A DNA stretch of 64,000 bases from Trypanosoma brucei (lineage: Eukaryota), in assembly GCA_000002445.1 (NCBI GenBank), contig CP000069.1:96001-160000 (forward strand). Direction: 5' to 3'. Below the pieces are notes generated by a model. The model was not told the DNA's origin, searched no databases, and was given only the letters and a program-made list of their open reading frames with translations. Positions 1 through 15,200 of the stretch are shown here, one piece after another; within the stretch, counting starts at the first letter, position 1, and every line of letters begins with the position of its first letter. The translations under genes were made by a program, and so were the position numbers.

Positions 1-774
1 TACTTCCAAAACTGACCTCTAATGCCCTTTTCCACTCAGAAACGTTCGGGGGAGATGATGTATAAAACTTTCGGTATGGTTGGAGCACTCCTTTCACGGG
101 TACTTTCCTAAAAAAAGACAAAATCAACGTCGAGATTAATAAAACCCTTTCCTCTAAGGCGTTGTTCCAAATCCCACGCCTCATACAGATGCGCTTCGCC
201 CCCAGAGGAGGCGCGTATTTTTCACTTATTTCCCACGTGTAGAGGGGTGCTGTATATATGTGTGAAACGGTGAAGCGAGGCGATGGCAAAGCCTTCACAG
301 CCGACTGCTCGGTCTCCTGAAAAGTGAAAGCTATGACAAAATGCTGAGAAACTGTGTTGTTTTTTTCGTTGCCCACGTGAGCATCGGTCTACGTCCTCTA
401 CGTGACGTGAGGAAAAAAAAGGCCGTAACTTTATACGGCCGTCGTGCGTGAGGCCAGTTGGTGAAAGGAATGGCTGGTCCTCACGGGCGGTATCCTGGAC
501 TAATACTTAATTTCTTTATTGATAAAGTTTTTATGGTAACTTCTGCAGCCGCCATTCGAACGGCATGGTGGCACAGTAGCCTTTTCTCCCCCTCAAACTC
601 TGGGGGGCCTGCCATTCACACCACCCCGCGTGCATGCTGCGTATTATTGTGGATGTTCAACGATGTAAAGCACTTTCGCAGTAGCTGCAACGAGGCTCTG
701 TGAGTTACAGAACTCGGTAATACATGATTTCCTTTTCCACATTCAACAAATGTGACGGCACTTTAAGCAAGAGT

Positions 775-2639
775 TTAATCTCCCCGTTGCATTTGTACCC
801 TATTCGCCTCCAGAGCCTTGCTAACGGCGGGTTTGATGCAGGCTCCGCTCAAGGTGACAGATGATAGCCGCGACGATTCCAGCAATACCTCAAAACCTTT
901 CACGGCTCTGCAATCATAGAGGTCCAATATTGTGAGCGACGTTGCCCGGCCAAACGGTGTGATTTCCATTAGCGTACTGCAAGAAGAAAGTCTCAGCTCC
1001 TTCACTTTTCCATGTGTGCCAAGCTCCTGAAGGTCGTCGATGGAAACAGGCGTATTGTTCAAGTCCAGGATGCTCAGCTTAGGGAGTTTACAAAGGGTAT
1101 CGAACCCTCCTCTTATGTCTTGGCATCCATAAAGGTTCACTTTCTCCAGCGTATCGAGTGCTGAAAGTGGTTTTATATCCGTCAGATTCCCCCAGTATGA
1201 AAGTGATAACACAATCAGGGAGTAGCATCTGTTGAGGGCGCATATGCGCCCTCACTTCCAACACTCGTATAACTCAACTCAGCAACGTGAAGCTGTGGTA
1301 GTGCACCAAGCGCGTAAAAACTACTCTTGATGTTTCTGCAGCCGTCAAGGTTCAGCTCTTCACGCATTTTGATTTCAGGGAGTAAGGAGATATCTGTAAG
1401 GCACGTGCAGTAGGAAAGATTAAGCGCTACAAGCGAGTGCGAGGTGTTTATTTCTGTAAACGATTGTGTGTTCCCTGCTGCTCTACTCAGATTCAAAGTT
1501 TTCAGCCGCGGTAGTCTCCCAATAGAGCCGAACCCCTTGGTAATGCTAGTACAATTTCTGAGGCGCAAGTACTCAAGCGTCTCAGCACTGGAAAGCGATG
1601 CTACGTTAATACGAGTGCCACCGCAATCAACAGTGGGACTCTAAAGTGACTTGGGGCTCTAAGTTGCACTGAAGGTGCCCCCATCCATGATGAGCTGCCT
1701 CAGTTCCAAAACCCTCAACGCATTCATTGCTAATTCTCTTGCCTTGAAGCCCAAGAACTGGAAGGTGTGGCAGTGATCCGAGAACCCCTATTCCTTGTCT
1801 TATGGCTCCGCAGCGAATAAGGTTTAATTATTCGAGTGCCGCAACGCTTGAAGGGGAGCACGCACAAGTTAGATTCTCGCAACAACTGAGGTCCAACTTC
1901 TTCCGGTAGCAACACGCATGCAGTTCCCTTGTGGGGCGGTCGGTAGCAGACGAGCGGCTTAAGCCCAACATTTTGAGGTTTGGAAACCGCTGAACTCCAC
2001 TGACGCTTACAGGCTTTGTGCAATTAGAGAGTGCAAGCCTTTTCAATGCAGCGGCATCGCGGGTACAGCAACCACCAGCGTTGTCACCGTATTCGTCGTT
2101 TAGGGACGGCTTTGCGAATGGTAGAAGCCCTTCCAGGGAGGACACATTCAACGATGGGTAGGAGCAGCATCCAGCATGCAATTCTTTAAGAAGATACAGT
2201 TCAGCAAGTTGTTGTACGCCAAAATTCGTATCCTCTACAGTTAAGCATGGTCTCTTGAGTGCTTCACACTTTCTGAGCATTGGTAGCGAGTGTAAGCCAG
2301 TTGCCACCTGCCTATGTCCAGTTTGGTTGGCACTTTGTGATGCATCCGATACGATGCAATCGACACCGCAGTAAACCACACCTTTCTTTTTGTTTTTTTG
2401 TGCCGTTGAAACGGCGCGACCCACCCCCGAGTGACTGCACTGCGCTCCATTTGGCACAAGATTTCCAACAAATTCCGGCATGAATCCAGAGTTTGTTCCA
2501 CAGTTTCGTCACTACCACTGTTCCACTCGCCATCGCTAATCGGGACTTGATCGTCTCCGGCGGACCGCCGGCCCCACAAAGACACAAGGCACTTCACTGA
2601 GGCGCTGCGGTGACACCTGTTCACATCACGCCGTGTCAT
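775..2639 (-). pseudogene. Leucine-rich repeat protein gene (LRRP/ESAG8-like), fragmented
   Basis: Four overlapping or adjacent minus-strand ORFs (775-1212, 1215-1568, 1828-2481, 2241-2639) lie in different frames. All translate to tandem ~24-residue LxxLxLxxCxxIxD-type leucine-rich repeats (for example LSYCTCLTDISLLPEIKMREELNLDGCRNIKS and LDLYDCRAVKGFEVLLESSRLSSVTLSGACIKP). These are typical of trypanosome LRRP1/ESAG8-family proteins. The frame changes and in-frame stops between the pieces indicate a pseudogene, or a gene carrying frameshifts. Confidence 0.55.
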
Positions 2640-5600
2640 CTGCTTTCGGCCTTTTTTTTTCCAACGGTTACTAACTTTTTTCCTTTTTTGGGGGGAATGT
2701 GCGATTACCCAAGAATGAAAGGGGACTTAACAGCACGTAGTGTACGCCAGACGTAACGGGTACAACATGACCTTACGGCAACCGCGTCGTGTCGCCAACA
2801 ACGACGCACGTGATGTTTTCCAGCACAACCACGACGGCGGGTAATGAACATTCCTCGGCACCGCACCAGGTGTGGAAGAGCCCGTCTAGGTGCAATAAAT
2901 GGTTGCCATGCGGGCCATTCATTCCGTCGACACTATGACATCAACCGTGCACCACACCCCAGGGACAGTACACGTTTTCTCAATAAACCTCCCGCTAGTT
3001 ACTGGTTAAATTAACTTGTGCCATGATCATTCGGCTACATTTGCGATGTGTCGGGTTGGCATCCATTCATGGTCATATCGCAGCGCTGAGCCCCTCCCAA
3101 GAGAGCGCAATGGAGTGTAGCGTCATTCCCAAAGAAGAACCTCGCAAATAAATAAATGCATACTTATACATGCATATGGGACCCGAGCGTAGCGTCAACC
3201 CTGTAATGCGGTGCAGCGTAGATTTATTGCGGGCGTTTTCCCTCCCAAAAAACACACCCCAAAAGGGAGCAACTCACGCGGCCGCCTGTACGCTCCGAAG
3301 GCCACTGCCATATGCGGAACGATGGCGTCTTTCACACAGACACCCGAACTTGCGACACCCCATAACATTTTTAGTTTTTGCCGAAAATAGAGCGAAATCC
3401 AGTTAGGCGTACGGTCTCCCTTCGTTTTAACATGTGTGACCCTCGTGTTTTACATTCGGGGAAAGCGTTGCAATGGACAACCGAGTGCCCATGGGAATGT
3501 TGTCCATGGAGCGCCTTTGGCCCCAACATATCAAATAAGGCGCAGACGACAGAATGCACAACAAGTGAACAGAGTGGCAAACCTGCGAAAAAAAGCAAGC
3601 CTTGTCGACAAATGAGTTGGCGAGAGACGAGCGCGCCGTACCCCACACATTGAATCGTCGGATGAGGTGGGACGACATGCCGGTTGCAACTCATCGTCTG
3701 ATTTGCATTTGTGCATCGCAGCCACTTGTTTTAGGCCGTGACACTTGTCGTCTCTTTCTTCCCGAATGAGTAATATTTCTAGCAAAGCATGGTTACAGAA
3801 AATTCGTTTAATGTCCTTATGCTACTAGGAACATTTTATGCCTCTCCCATTACTGCGTTTCCTTCCGGGGGAAGAAATATGTGAAACGATTTTTTTGGGT
3901 TATGAGAAAGTTTGGTGAAAATTTAAAACAAACACTTGGGGCAAAGGGGTTGTAAAACACCCTATGAAAGGTTTGGGAGCTTAGTATATACAAGGTCCCG
4001 CATCAACATGCGTTGCGTGCGTCACTCACCCAAATTCTCTCCTCTTGGAGCTGCATGAGGGGATAACGGCGAGTTTAACAGACGGTAATTTCTGTCATTA
4101 GCACAAAACGCCTCGACAGAGGAGAATTTGCTCAGAGGCCAGTTAGCGAGCAGCGTACCGCCCTATATGGTTACTACATTTGTTGTGCACTGGCTACTGT
4201 TCACTGTTTCGCTCTTCAACCATCTTGGCAAATAGGGAAAACTCTGAGATGACACAGCCACCAAGGCCACTGGGACGCGACACGGGTCATTACCGCCGGC
4301 ATTGCCACCAAGTGGCCGGCTGCATTGCATATGGAAAGAAAGAAGATCCTCTAGGTGCGCTTCCCAAGCTGAGGAATGACGTGCGGGCCGATACAGAATG
4401 CTTCCATTGTATGCACTCTGCGATGCAGTGACAACGGTCGGCAACGCAGAATTTACCGAACTGTGTGGCTGCTTCTCGCCCTGTTGGTGCAGCTCGATTA
4501 TTCGCATTCCAACTCGGCCACAACCTGATTGGGGAAAAGCTAATGGGATGCCATTTTACCCAGGTTCTGCGTTATGAAATGCCCCTTTCAACAACCAAGC
4601 CGCATCACCCGTTTCACTTAAGCGCACTTTCGGAGGGAATCTAGGAAAAGATATTGCCTTGTGGGCTGCGTGGAAATTTAAGCTATAAACCATCAACGCA
4701 GGGTGCAAATTCTCTGCACATCAGCCATGCTTACAACACCTCCCTTCTAATGAACAAATTCTACCATTATTTGGCGATGAAACCAGAAACAGGTATCACA
4801 AACCCGCCCTCAGACCGTTTACACTTGGCTATGGGATGATTGACGTTGTGGAAAGAGAGGGATGGGGGGAACGTTAACATCCACTTCGAGGAAGTACATT
4901 CGTTCTTCGTATAGTGCTGCGCAGATTAGATGCATTTATTAGCGACAATTCCGTTCTTCGACTCATTTGCGTTTACATTCTCCCGCTTCCGCTCTGTCTC
5001 GGAGGACCTACCGGACACACCAGCAGTTTTCCCCCTATCAAGCGTCACACAGAGACGACCCACTTCGTAGTGGCAAAAGACATATATATTATCCTCTGGT
5101 TGAGCACATGCTTGATACTCTCTTTAGTGCCTGTTATGTTAACTTCCACGTTCGGATCCCCCTCAACGAAAACACAGATGCTCCCAGGACCTATACTGCC
5201 AGACACTTGGATATAAACGCTTTCTACCACAGTCCTCCTTGTTGATTCTTCCCGTTTTTTTTGTGCAACTGTTGTTTCAGCTTCATTGGGACCAAATGGG
5301 TGTGGGGGCACTGTTGACGTCCGCGTGCTGAAGGGGTCTGACTACATTTTGAAGGTTTCAAACAACGGGTGACACAGTCGCACAGGGCCGTTTGCATCAG
5401 TGTGGTCTGCATACCTTCAGCTGGAATGGGTTATTGGCACGTACCTTGGTGTAGCGAAGCATATAATCTATTTTCGAGATCGCATATTCGTCATTCTGTT
5501 TCTATTCATCACCACCTGTAACACTCCCTGAGTTGTAGGTTGTCCCACCCAGCATCCCAACATACACAATCATCTCCATTTTCCATCTTACTAAAACCAT

Positions 5601-8600
5601 ATGGCGGTTAACATAGTTGTGACTGCTAATTCCCGCGGCAGTTTACATTCATACTCTGGCACGCAGTGGGCCTGATTGCTGGGGTAATTGTTAGCGCGGC
5701 TCCAATATGGCTTACGACATCTTTTCTCAGCCCAAATTGAGTATTTTACCATTAAGATCCCCACTGACTTGCGTCTTGAGGCTTTAATTGCACAAGCGAG
5801 CCTCAACTCCGACAATGTAGACGTGTGGACCTACACCACGTGCAGTAAGTTTTACAGCATCACGTGTTGCATATTGACCGATGTTTGCGAAGTGCTCCAT
5901 TTGTGCGATTCACTACCCAGGTACGACGATACTGATCAAGTTCAAATTACACGAGCCGTTCAAAACCCGTTGAACAACTCAACGCTATTGCTGTTCCCTT
6001 TCACATAACCTACAAAAGTTTCTTTTTTTTTCTTATTGTAACCACAACCGATCGTGGTTCGTCCCGGTCATCCATTGCTGGGCTTGCTGGGCATTAATGT
6101 CATGTTATTAATGACATAAACAACGAATCATCGTCGCTTTAACTCGTGCTACAACACGGTTGCGCGGCTGGCGAGGCACCTCGACGGATGACACACTTGC
6201 ATTCAGACTACCAAACAGGCGTTGAAGTTATAACCTCAATACCATGTGATTTTATGGAAGCTTTCTTGCATCATTTCAACCTTAACCTCACCATCAGGGT
6301 ATTTCAATGTGTGCGTACATCATTTTCAAGCCAACGGATCGCTGGATTTCCTATTTTTCCACCTATTTATCATGACATGACATCAATCAAGACATGTAGC
6401 TATCACATATTCGATAGGGACTCACATTTTTTTTTTCACCACCGTCAAAAGGAGACGACTGGATCAAAGTCGTTTGTTGTGCGTTTAGAAACAACCCCAA
6501 ACAAAATAAAGCGTTCGTGCCTGCCATCCGCTGCCCTAATTTCAAGTGCTCATTCATGGCAGTCAGTGTATGGGCAACGCCCACCCCGCGTCGAGTGATG
6601 CGTGCCCACTAAATCTGTTCCATTTGCCGCATCTAATTATCCTTCGCATTATCTCTTATGATGACAAGTGTTCTTTTTGACTACGGGGACGCCACAATCA
6701 CTTACATCAGCGAGCGGATATTTACACTGCTTGCAATTTCCAACTCTTCGTCCTGTCATGCTGTGGAAGAATTCCGTTGATAAGCCGCCTCTCGTTTTTT
6801 TGTCCCGCCCAACTCCTTGCTGTGCCGCATATCACCAAGTCCTGAAAAGGCAACACAGTTTTGTTCGTGATTAAGGCAGCGACGGAGGCCTTAGGAAAAA
6901 CAGCGTCGACACGACGGACAATGTTAAGAGCGAGCTAGCCCCACATTTATTTCCAATAAAAAGACTACGGATCGTATTTTGAACCAAACAATGAGACGTG
7001 TCAACCGCTTAAGTGTTCTTACGAGTGCGGCGAGAAGGTACAGCACATCATAAATTTAATGCGACACTCCACAGCGGAAAGATATCGTGGAATATGAAGG
7101 GATTCCACTGTGCCAAAGAACTGAAAAAACCCGAGATTAATACATTATATACCTAGACGATAACAATATCAAATGCACTGTGCGGCCTCCACGGCATATG
7201 TACATATATATGTTAACGTAGCAACTGTAAATTCATACGATGGCGGTTCAAGAAGCGCTGGGGATGCAGGGTCTCGGTCCTGACGAGTGGACTTCGTAGC
7301 GTAGAGCGCAAATTATTTTCCGACACCCGTCCACATAGCAAAAACAAACGATAATGAACCTGGAATCGAGTCGTCACGATGACGAGTACGCTTCAAGTTT
7401 AAGCCACTAAGGACTCACCAAACGGACACTTACACTTGTGGCTCTGCATTTGTCATCCATTCTTTTTGTACGGGGGAAGATGGCTTAGGACTTCATACGA
7501 CGTTCCCGATTCGAAAGTCTCCTAGCATAATCCCTTTAGGTATTGTTCATAATTTGGCGCACGCCACTTCGACGAATCGTTGACATTCTAAAGATAGTGT
7601 TGTGCCAACAGCATACAGATAATGTGAATACTTCACCAATCCGACCACAAATAATCTTCCTCTTTTATTTTGACTCCTACTTGTTCATCACTGTTTTCTT
7701 CCAAACATAAACATCGCATGAGCAGACTAACACATTAATCGCATACATGTGAAATAACAAAACAACATTCAATATAAACCCTTCACATCTTGAAAACATC
7801 AAACAACTCCCCGCCCTTGAGAGAAGTGCTGAAGATAATATCATCCATTATTGTTGTCATGAGCTTCACAGTTAAATGTTCTCTGGTCAAATGTTGTTGG
7901 AATAGTGATGGAGTGACTGTTGATGGAATGTGTGTCCAACAGGGGCTGCATCAGGATGCACTTTGTCAGTAAATGAATAATGTTACCGCGCAGCAGATTG
8001 TTCAAGATTATTTCTCCAATAACGGCACATCTGCCCTCCCCACAGATATAAGGATGTACAAACATCCTGTCCAGGCCCACAGCACGTGGGGATGCGTTGG
8101 TTGCCCATGACATGCAAAGCGCCAAGAGCCCTCGCATCCGGAAGAAAGCACAAACAGCGAATACACGTAGTGTAAGCACTTTAAATGTAGCAATAAGAGA
8201 ACCGACCGTTGCATGTTCTCGCGTGTGGAGCGGTCAACAGCAGCAAAAAGACAGTGAATTACATATACGATCAACTTAATAAACAATTGACACCCACTTT
8301 ATGTCTGTAAAACAGCAAATGTACAGATGTTCAATCAAACGACACCATCATCCTTAAACAAACTTTGTCTCCATACCACAGTGGTACAGACTATTGAAAT
8401 TGAAAGGAGCGATGTCACTTCATCTTCGTTTTACCTGTCGTGGCGTTGACGATGGTTGAAAGTGCATCCTGCACAGACTCGGAACACACAAGCTGATTCT
8501 CAAATGTGATAGAGACGCCCGTCGCGGACTAAGAGAAGCAATTGTTTCTAGTACAGAACAACGTGTCGTTTTTAAATAGCACAAACCTTATCGGGGTTAT

Positions 8601-9271
8601 AAAAGCGTTCCAGCACACTTCAACCGCTTCACATCGACACGAAACACTATCTTGTTGGCTGCACGGCAAGTAAACGTCATCTGTGGTAGTTGGAATCACA
8701 CGGATGCGGGTTTTGATAGGGTGACCAATTTCGCTTTCATCCACTTCGCCATTCAGTATAACGACATTCATTATTCTCGAAAGCTTCGGCATGAGACAGT
8801 ACATCTATTGCTGAAGGGAGTTACGTACCTCGCAGCGGCCTATTGGTAGAGCGCACATCTTCCCCTAGGGTGCGGGAGAATGTTATATCAACGGCATGTG
8901 ACATTTCAGCAGGAAAAAAGCGCAACAGTTTCTTTCTATTTTCTCACATCAGTAAGAAAATGGTGAGAGCACCCGGTCTGTTTATCGCAAACACTATGTG
9001 TAAGGCGGCGTGGTGGTTGGCACGCAAAGTTCCATCACCAACAGCCTGGCGCTCCCGAAAGCTGTTAGGCTGCGTCTACCCTCTTCGTTCATCAGTAGAT
9101 GCTATAACTAACATGCGTTTAAAAAGTACGCGCGGGGTTCCCTTCCTTTTCGTTCACACCCCAACCGAACGCCCCGGCGCCTATTCACTTCCCGCACCGC
9201 GCGTTTGCCGCAGGAATGCCTTTCAATCGCCCGAGAGTTTGTGATTGTTAACCTCCATGCCATGGTCAATT

Positions 9272-9284
9272 CCCCCCCCCCCCC
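9272..9284. repeat. Homopolymer C13 (G13 on minus strand)
   Basis: tccccccccccccccagg, read directly from the sequence. Confidence 0.95.
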
Positions 9285-12200
9285 AGGATCACAACCAAAT
9301 GTTCAGCGGAGGACTCAAACAACGACGGCCAACCCTCCACGCAGCAGCCACCTCTTCAGTAACGGGGGTTTCCTCTTTTATTGTCGGGGCATTTGCGGAC
9401 TTCAGAGGCGAGGGGGAGTGTCGAATGAAGGGTCCCAGTTTGAGTAATCACTTCGTGGGAAACAAAAGCACCTGGCGGGCAATCGGAACCTGCCGCAAAA
9501 AAAATTGCTCCACGTCCGCGCCACCTCGAATGAAATGCTGTGGGTGGGGAGGGCACCTCGGTTCGCAAGAGGGAATGCATAGCGGCAACCAACGGTCGGG
9601 TGCTTGGTGGGCGGCTCTCGCCAGGGAGGCGGCGACTGCCATGAAAACTTGAGAGGGAATATTTAGTGCCTCCAACCGCCCCTGCGGCAGTGTGAGTAAA
9701 GGCGGCGCGCGGGTTTAAGGCAGGGGGCGGAGGCCCGGAAGGACAATGGGCACCTCAGCTAAGATGCGGCAGCGGCTGTCGGTGGGCGGTAATTTATGAC
9801 TTCTAGTTTAGCCCCTCTGGCGGGACCGTTTTCTCCGGGGTTCATGTGCGGCGCAACCTGTTGATTGGCAGTTGTATGGAGTGCGCTTTCTGCGGTATAG
9901 CTTCTGGGGGGAGGGGGTGGGTTCTCGGATCCTCGTTCCGGACTGCAGTGGCGTCGCTTGCCGATACGTTGCTGTCGTTGCGCGGTTCGGTGCTCTCAAT
10001 ATGCGGATATTCCCATGGTAACGCCTTCACCGGCTGCTCATTTTGACAGTGCAGGCCAGCAGCCCTTTCAGGAGATGCTCGCCTGCCAGACCACCGCCTT
10101 CGGTTTCGTCTCACATCCCTTGAGGTATGGGATATTTAAAATGCCTCACTTGTTTGATCTTACTGACGCTTTAAGCGAGACTGGGGGACTGTTGAGACCT
10201 TTTGAAGCGCGCAGTGCAGCTGTCAGTGTGAATGTTGCAAGTGCCTGTATGAGGAGAGTGGCTGGAGTGAGCGACGTCATAGTAAGGCCGAGTAGGCTTA
10301 GTGTATGTATCTTTTCATGCATGTATGCGTTTGCGTATCGGAAAAGAGGGGGCAAATAGGCTGTCCGCTTTTATGTTCTGCACATTTGAGTGTATGCGAG
10401 CAAGGCCGGTTTTTATTTTTTGCCCATAACGTCTTTGCTATTTTTGTTTTTGTTTTCTCGTGTGGTTTCCATCATTACTAATAGGTGTTATGCAGTCAAC
10501 TAGGCACTTTGAGAACGCAAAGCGTTTGGATGCATGCACTCGCATAAACCCATCATGGGGATAAATGGATAATGCAACGTCAGCGGATAAGTCCGGAGTC
10601 TAGATGTGTGATTGGAAATAATAACGGGAAGGTTTCTTGGGAAAGGATGAAAGAACCGCCAGTGTTTGGTTCCCGGGATAGGATCGGTGAGAGCAATAGT
10701 TAATAAATTGCATAATGTAGGTGTCAGATCAGAGATGGGGGGAGGCCAAGCTGTCAACCAAGCTTGTGGGGTAAATTGAGAAAAAGATGTGTGTGGGGAA
10801 TGTGAATGGAAAACACGTCTCTCTATGAGTGTTTGCATTTTGCAGAAAGAGTGAAAGAGGTGTAAATACAGGGCAAGGGCCGAGGTGTCTGCTACCAATG
10901 GAAGGTCCTTACCTGAGTGTATCCACCATTTCTGCTGTTGTTGCAGTTGTTGCAGTTGTTGCTTTCTGTGAAAAAAAAATACACAAAGGAATACTGTAAT
11001 GTGTTTCCACCTTGTTTTAACTCCAGAGTATGCATGCCCTCGCGGAACTCCTACACCTCATGGCGATACGTTCAACCTGAGTCCTGCAACAGTTGTCATA
11101 ATATTAATAATAATTAGTGTTCAAGTTGTCTATCTTTTTTTTCTCATGTAACGAATGAATGTTGAAGTGCAGCCACTGAACCAAAAGATGTGTCCCGGGT
11201 TTCCATTTTTTCTTTTTTTCTTTTTGTTGCAGTCTTCGCGTGTGACCATATTGGGTTTATGTGTAGTTCGTTTGCTTAAGGAGAAAATCGGAGGGAAATG
11301 AAAGATCGGATATCCATAGTCGTCTGCATCAAACTCCAACGATTTAAATATATAACTCTGTTATTTATTGAGTTTTCCTTCTAAAAAAGAAGGATACTAC
11401 TCTACCGTGATGCATCAGGTATCCGTGAAATATGAAGGACAGGATCGCTAAGATTTTTTTTTTTGAACACAACATTGCCTGTTATTTTCTGTAGGAAGAA
11501 TTAGAGGTATTCGGACGTCCTTCACGTAAAGTAGCACTGGTACGTCAACCTAATCTCGTTGTTTTGGTAATTGTTTCTACTGTTTTTATCTGTGTTGGTG
11601 TTCGCGATATCTCCCCTTTCATCTATGCAACTTTATTTGAGGTTCGTGTGATAATGTTCTTCGTACAGGAGCATTTCGTTAGTTTATTAACTTCCCTGTT
11701 ATCATTTACTTTCGCAAAATATTTGTTGATGTTTTTGATGCAGCATTTTCTGTAATTTGTTAGGACTACCCACTGAAAATTTGTCGGTTGACGGCACCCG
11801 ACCACCTCGACATATGACCGGTCAGTTACGTCACTCGTTATCAGTTGTCATCGCTTTTTCTAAAAAAAAAACCTTAAACCCCAGCACCATGAATGCCACT
11901 GTTTGTTAGTGCCGGATGCGGCGGTAGGAGTAAGAGTTCGTTTTTTAAAAATTAATGAACGCCAATAAGCAACGCTGCCATTTTCCTTGCGGTTATCACG
12001 CATAGTTTTTGTTCCTATTTATTTGATTACCTGTATACGTGTATGTATATGTGCTCATTTTGTTTTCTCTCAGTGGCTATTAGTTTTTTGTATGCACATT
12101 TAGGAAGTGTTTATAATGGGTTGTAACAGAGGCAAGCGCGTGTACATTCATGACAACATGTTGATTTGTGTGCAAGTGGAATAAAAAGAGCTGAATAGAC

Positions 12201-15200
12201 GAACGTTTAGGTGGAGCTGCAGGAACAAAGTGGCCCAGTCGTGAACGAAAAAAAGGAAGTAAATAACGTGAAGGCAACGGTCATATCATGCCACGTGCAG
12301 TTTCCTCAAGGCGTTGGTGGGGGCTTCGACGTACAATCGCTAGCGAGTTTTTGGTAGATGAAGGAAATGCTCTTGTCTTCGTTAATACTGAATTCCCTGC
12401 GGAAACCAAGACCGATTGACATAACGACTCATGGTGGCTTCTCTCTGGAGGTGAAGATAGGTAATACAGTAGCAGCTGTCGGATATCTTCAATGTGCAAT
12501 GGCTGTATTCGCTGAGGTGACTCCTTTTTTTTTTTTTGTAAAGCGTTCTAGTGCTGTCAACAATCTCGACGAGATGTCAGGGTCTATTGCCATGCTGAAG
12601 CAGAGGTGTGTATATGGGGTCAAGTGCTCACGACCCTTTCCATCAGGATTAGGTTGAGGTGTAAAGAGACACATTATCTTTCCACAATGGTGCACATACG
12701 ATAGGTTTGTAACTGGATATGTGCTGCCCTTGCAAGGGCTGTATCTTTGTGCAGGCCCAACATCATCAAATTTGTCTATATCGAATTACATTACAGTTTA
12801 AGCTTAGAGATGAGTACTGGGCGCATCGCACGTGGCTCCCGGTGGAACTTTGCTGGGACTCTTACAGTCAAGTTACTCTACACTTGGTGACATGCTGGCT
12901 TGGGAAGGAATCACCTTCTGTCTACTTTGTTGTGTCACGATTCCCCCCTCTGGAGATGGTTTGGTTCCATCTTCTTAGTTCTATTAGCACACTGGCTCTA
13001 ACCATGGCTTAAAAAATGGAGACGTATGTAGTCTCCGCTCTCGGAGACCTGCTGATGGAGGTTGGTGCCACGACGGTTTTTGCACGTAAGTTTTTTTTTT
13101 TGGCTGAAACACGTTCTACGCATTCCCTTCAACTAGTCTTCATTTCCGTTCGTTCCCCCCTGACGGGGAAGGCACTGCAGCGAAACGACCAGACAACGCA
13201 TTCAGGTCTGTCCCAAAGTAAAAGGTATGGATCGGAACTCAACTGTTTGATGTAAGATCAGTCTGCTCTTCCTTGTAGCAAGGAGGATTCGGTGACCCAA
13301 TGCCGTATGGACAATAAATGCAATACCAAGAGCATGGGGAGGTGCACCGAATATAACCGCGGGTGGGGTATTAGTTCCGTACCTCATGTAAATATCTAAA
13401 AATAAAATAAAAGAAACTTGTCGTCGTATATTGGACGCGTCAGAGTACGGTTGATGGTGTTTACGGCATCGTATTCTTTAGTGGATATGTGACCTTGAAT
13501 GAACTACTGGTGATAGCACAACACCTAACACAAGCCCTGTTTTTGTGAAAGTATGCCCGTTGGTCAGATCTAAAACCTCACCGTAAAGGTGAATGTCAAT
13601 CAGGTTGACGGATTGGGAAAATATTTAAGCCCACACAGGGGGACACTTGCAAATATTTATTCGCGATGCAGTTATTATTGCAGATAGATATGGAGAGAAA
13701 TATTGGAACCACTTTTGGAGTAAATAGTTGGCCGAAACGAAAAATAAGACAAAGCATTTCACAACCAACGTTGAACGAATCCACCTCACGATACGGAAGT
13801 GAATACACATGGTTGCGCTCGCCTCCAAAGCGGCAATGTGGCGGAAACTACGACGTGACCGTAGAAGGCTGGAGTAAATGGAATATTCTGCGGGAGGCGT
13901 CTGATTTGCACCGCCTTTTCGATCTAACCGGCAAGGGTTAACAAAATAATGACGCAACACTTGGAAGTACATCCCATGAGTGTAGCAGAGAAAAAGGTGT
14001 CATAGATATGCCAATATGTTATTCCACTTGGCAAGGAGTTTCTACATACCCCGCTGGATATGCAAACTTGCTTGTAAGGGTGGTATCCGTACGCTACTTC
14101 TGTTGGTGAGAGGTGATGTCGTACCGAACTCGGGCACAATTGTACACATCGCAGTGGGATGCTGAGGATCCCTTCCAGCTGAAAAGATTCGCGTCGGAAA
14201 AATGTCTTTACCCAAAAATTTTTAAAAAAGGTAGCCTTTGCATTTTTTCAGGCAACATGTTTGTGTGCCGAAGTAGTGTGACGTGCAACAAGACCGGGGT
14301 GCCAACACATCGGAATAGTGGAATCGTTTAAAGGCTTCACCAGTGTTGATACTTGCAGGGAATGCTGAGCGTGGAGCACAAGGGCCAGGTAAAAAAATGC
14401 GAGAGTGTGAAGGAGAGTCAGTTAGGCTGATATTCACACAACATCTATGACTTATGTGACAGCGTTATTTCTCTAAAGTTAACCACGGTATCAAGACTGA
14501 TGCTGCACGCTTTGTAGTGAGGAGGGTAGCAATTGAATATCGAAGTGAATATGAATTCGCTGCGTTTGTTGATATCACGAGGAGGCGACGAGGCAGGACA
14601 AAACAAAGCAAAAAAGACAGAAGAGGCCACCGATTTGTTATTTCCCTCGCTGTATCTATAAGACGGTATTGCGTGGATAAAGTGCGGGATCCTGAAGCTG
14701 GCACGAAGGCAGACGGTGGGGGGGGGTAAAAAAAAGGATGGAGTGAAGACTGGTATTCCAATTGACGGGGTGTCGCCCCCCCCTCCCCCTCCCCCAAGTA
14801 GCTGAGTGATTGCATTTGATTTAAATGCGGCTCTCAGTGGGCTGGTCTTTACGCCTTTGGGCTCACGTCTGGGGGAGGGGTTAATCCCCTTTCGCATTCG
14901 GTCTTGGAGCCACAGTGTGTGCATTGTAACGAATTCAGCGAACCACTCATTCATCGGTGAGGTTAGGAGGGGGGGAGGGCAGGGCGTGTGTTTACGCAGT
15001 GGTTTTGTGTTTTCCTGCTTGTATTTGCTTCAGGCTCAATTTGTCCCTTTACTATGCGAGATCTATGTGCCCAGTAAAAACTCACATGTGGCCGGAAGGT
15101 TCCCAACAATATGAGATTATGTGAAGAGTTGTCTAGAGCGGCAGGTGTCATTAGTGGCACTCATCATGGAAGGCTGCGAGTTCTGTTCTGTCCCGTTCTG

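Noticed and set aside
14445-14954. 169-aa minus-strand ORF containing a poly-Gly run
   Set aside because: The Gly run is simply the translation of the G/C homopolymer block at 14715-14795. There is no start context or domain, and a second ORF overlaps it in another frame.
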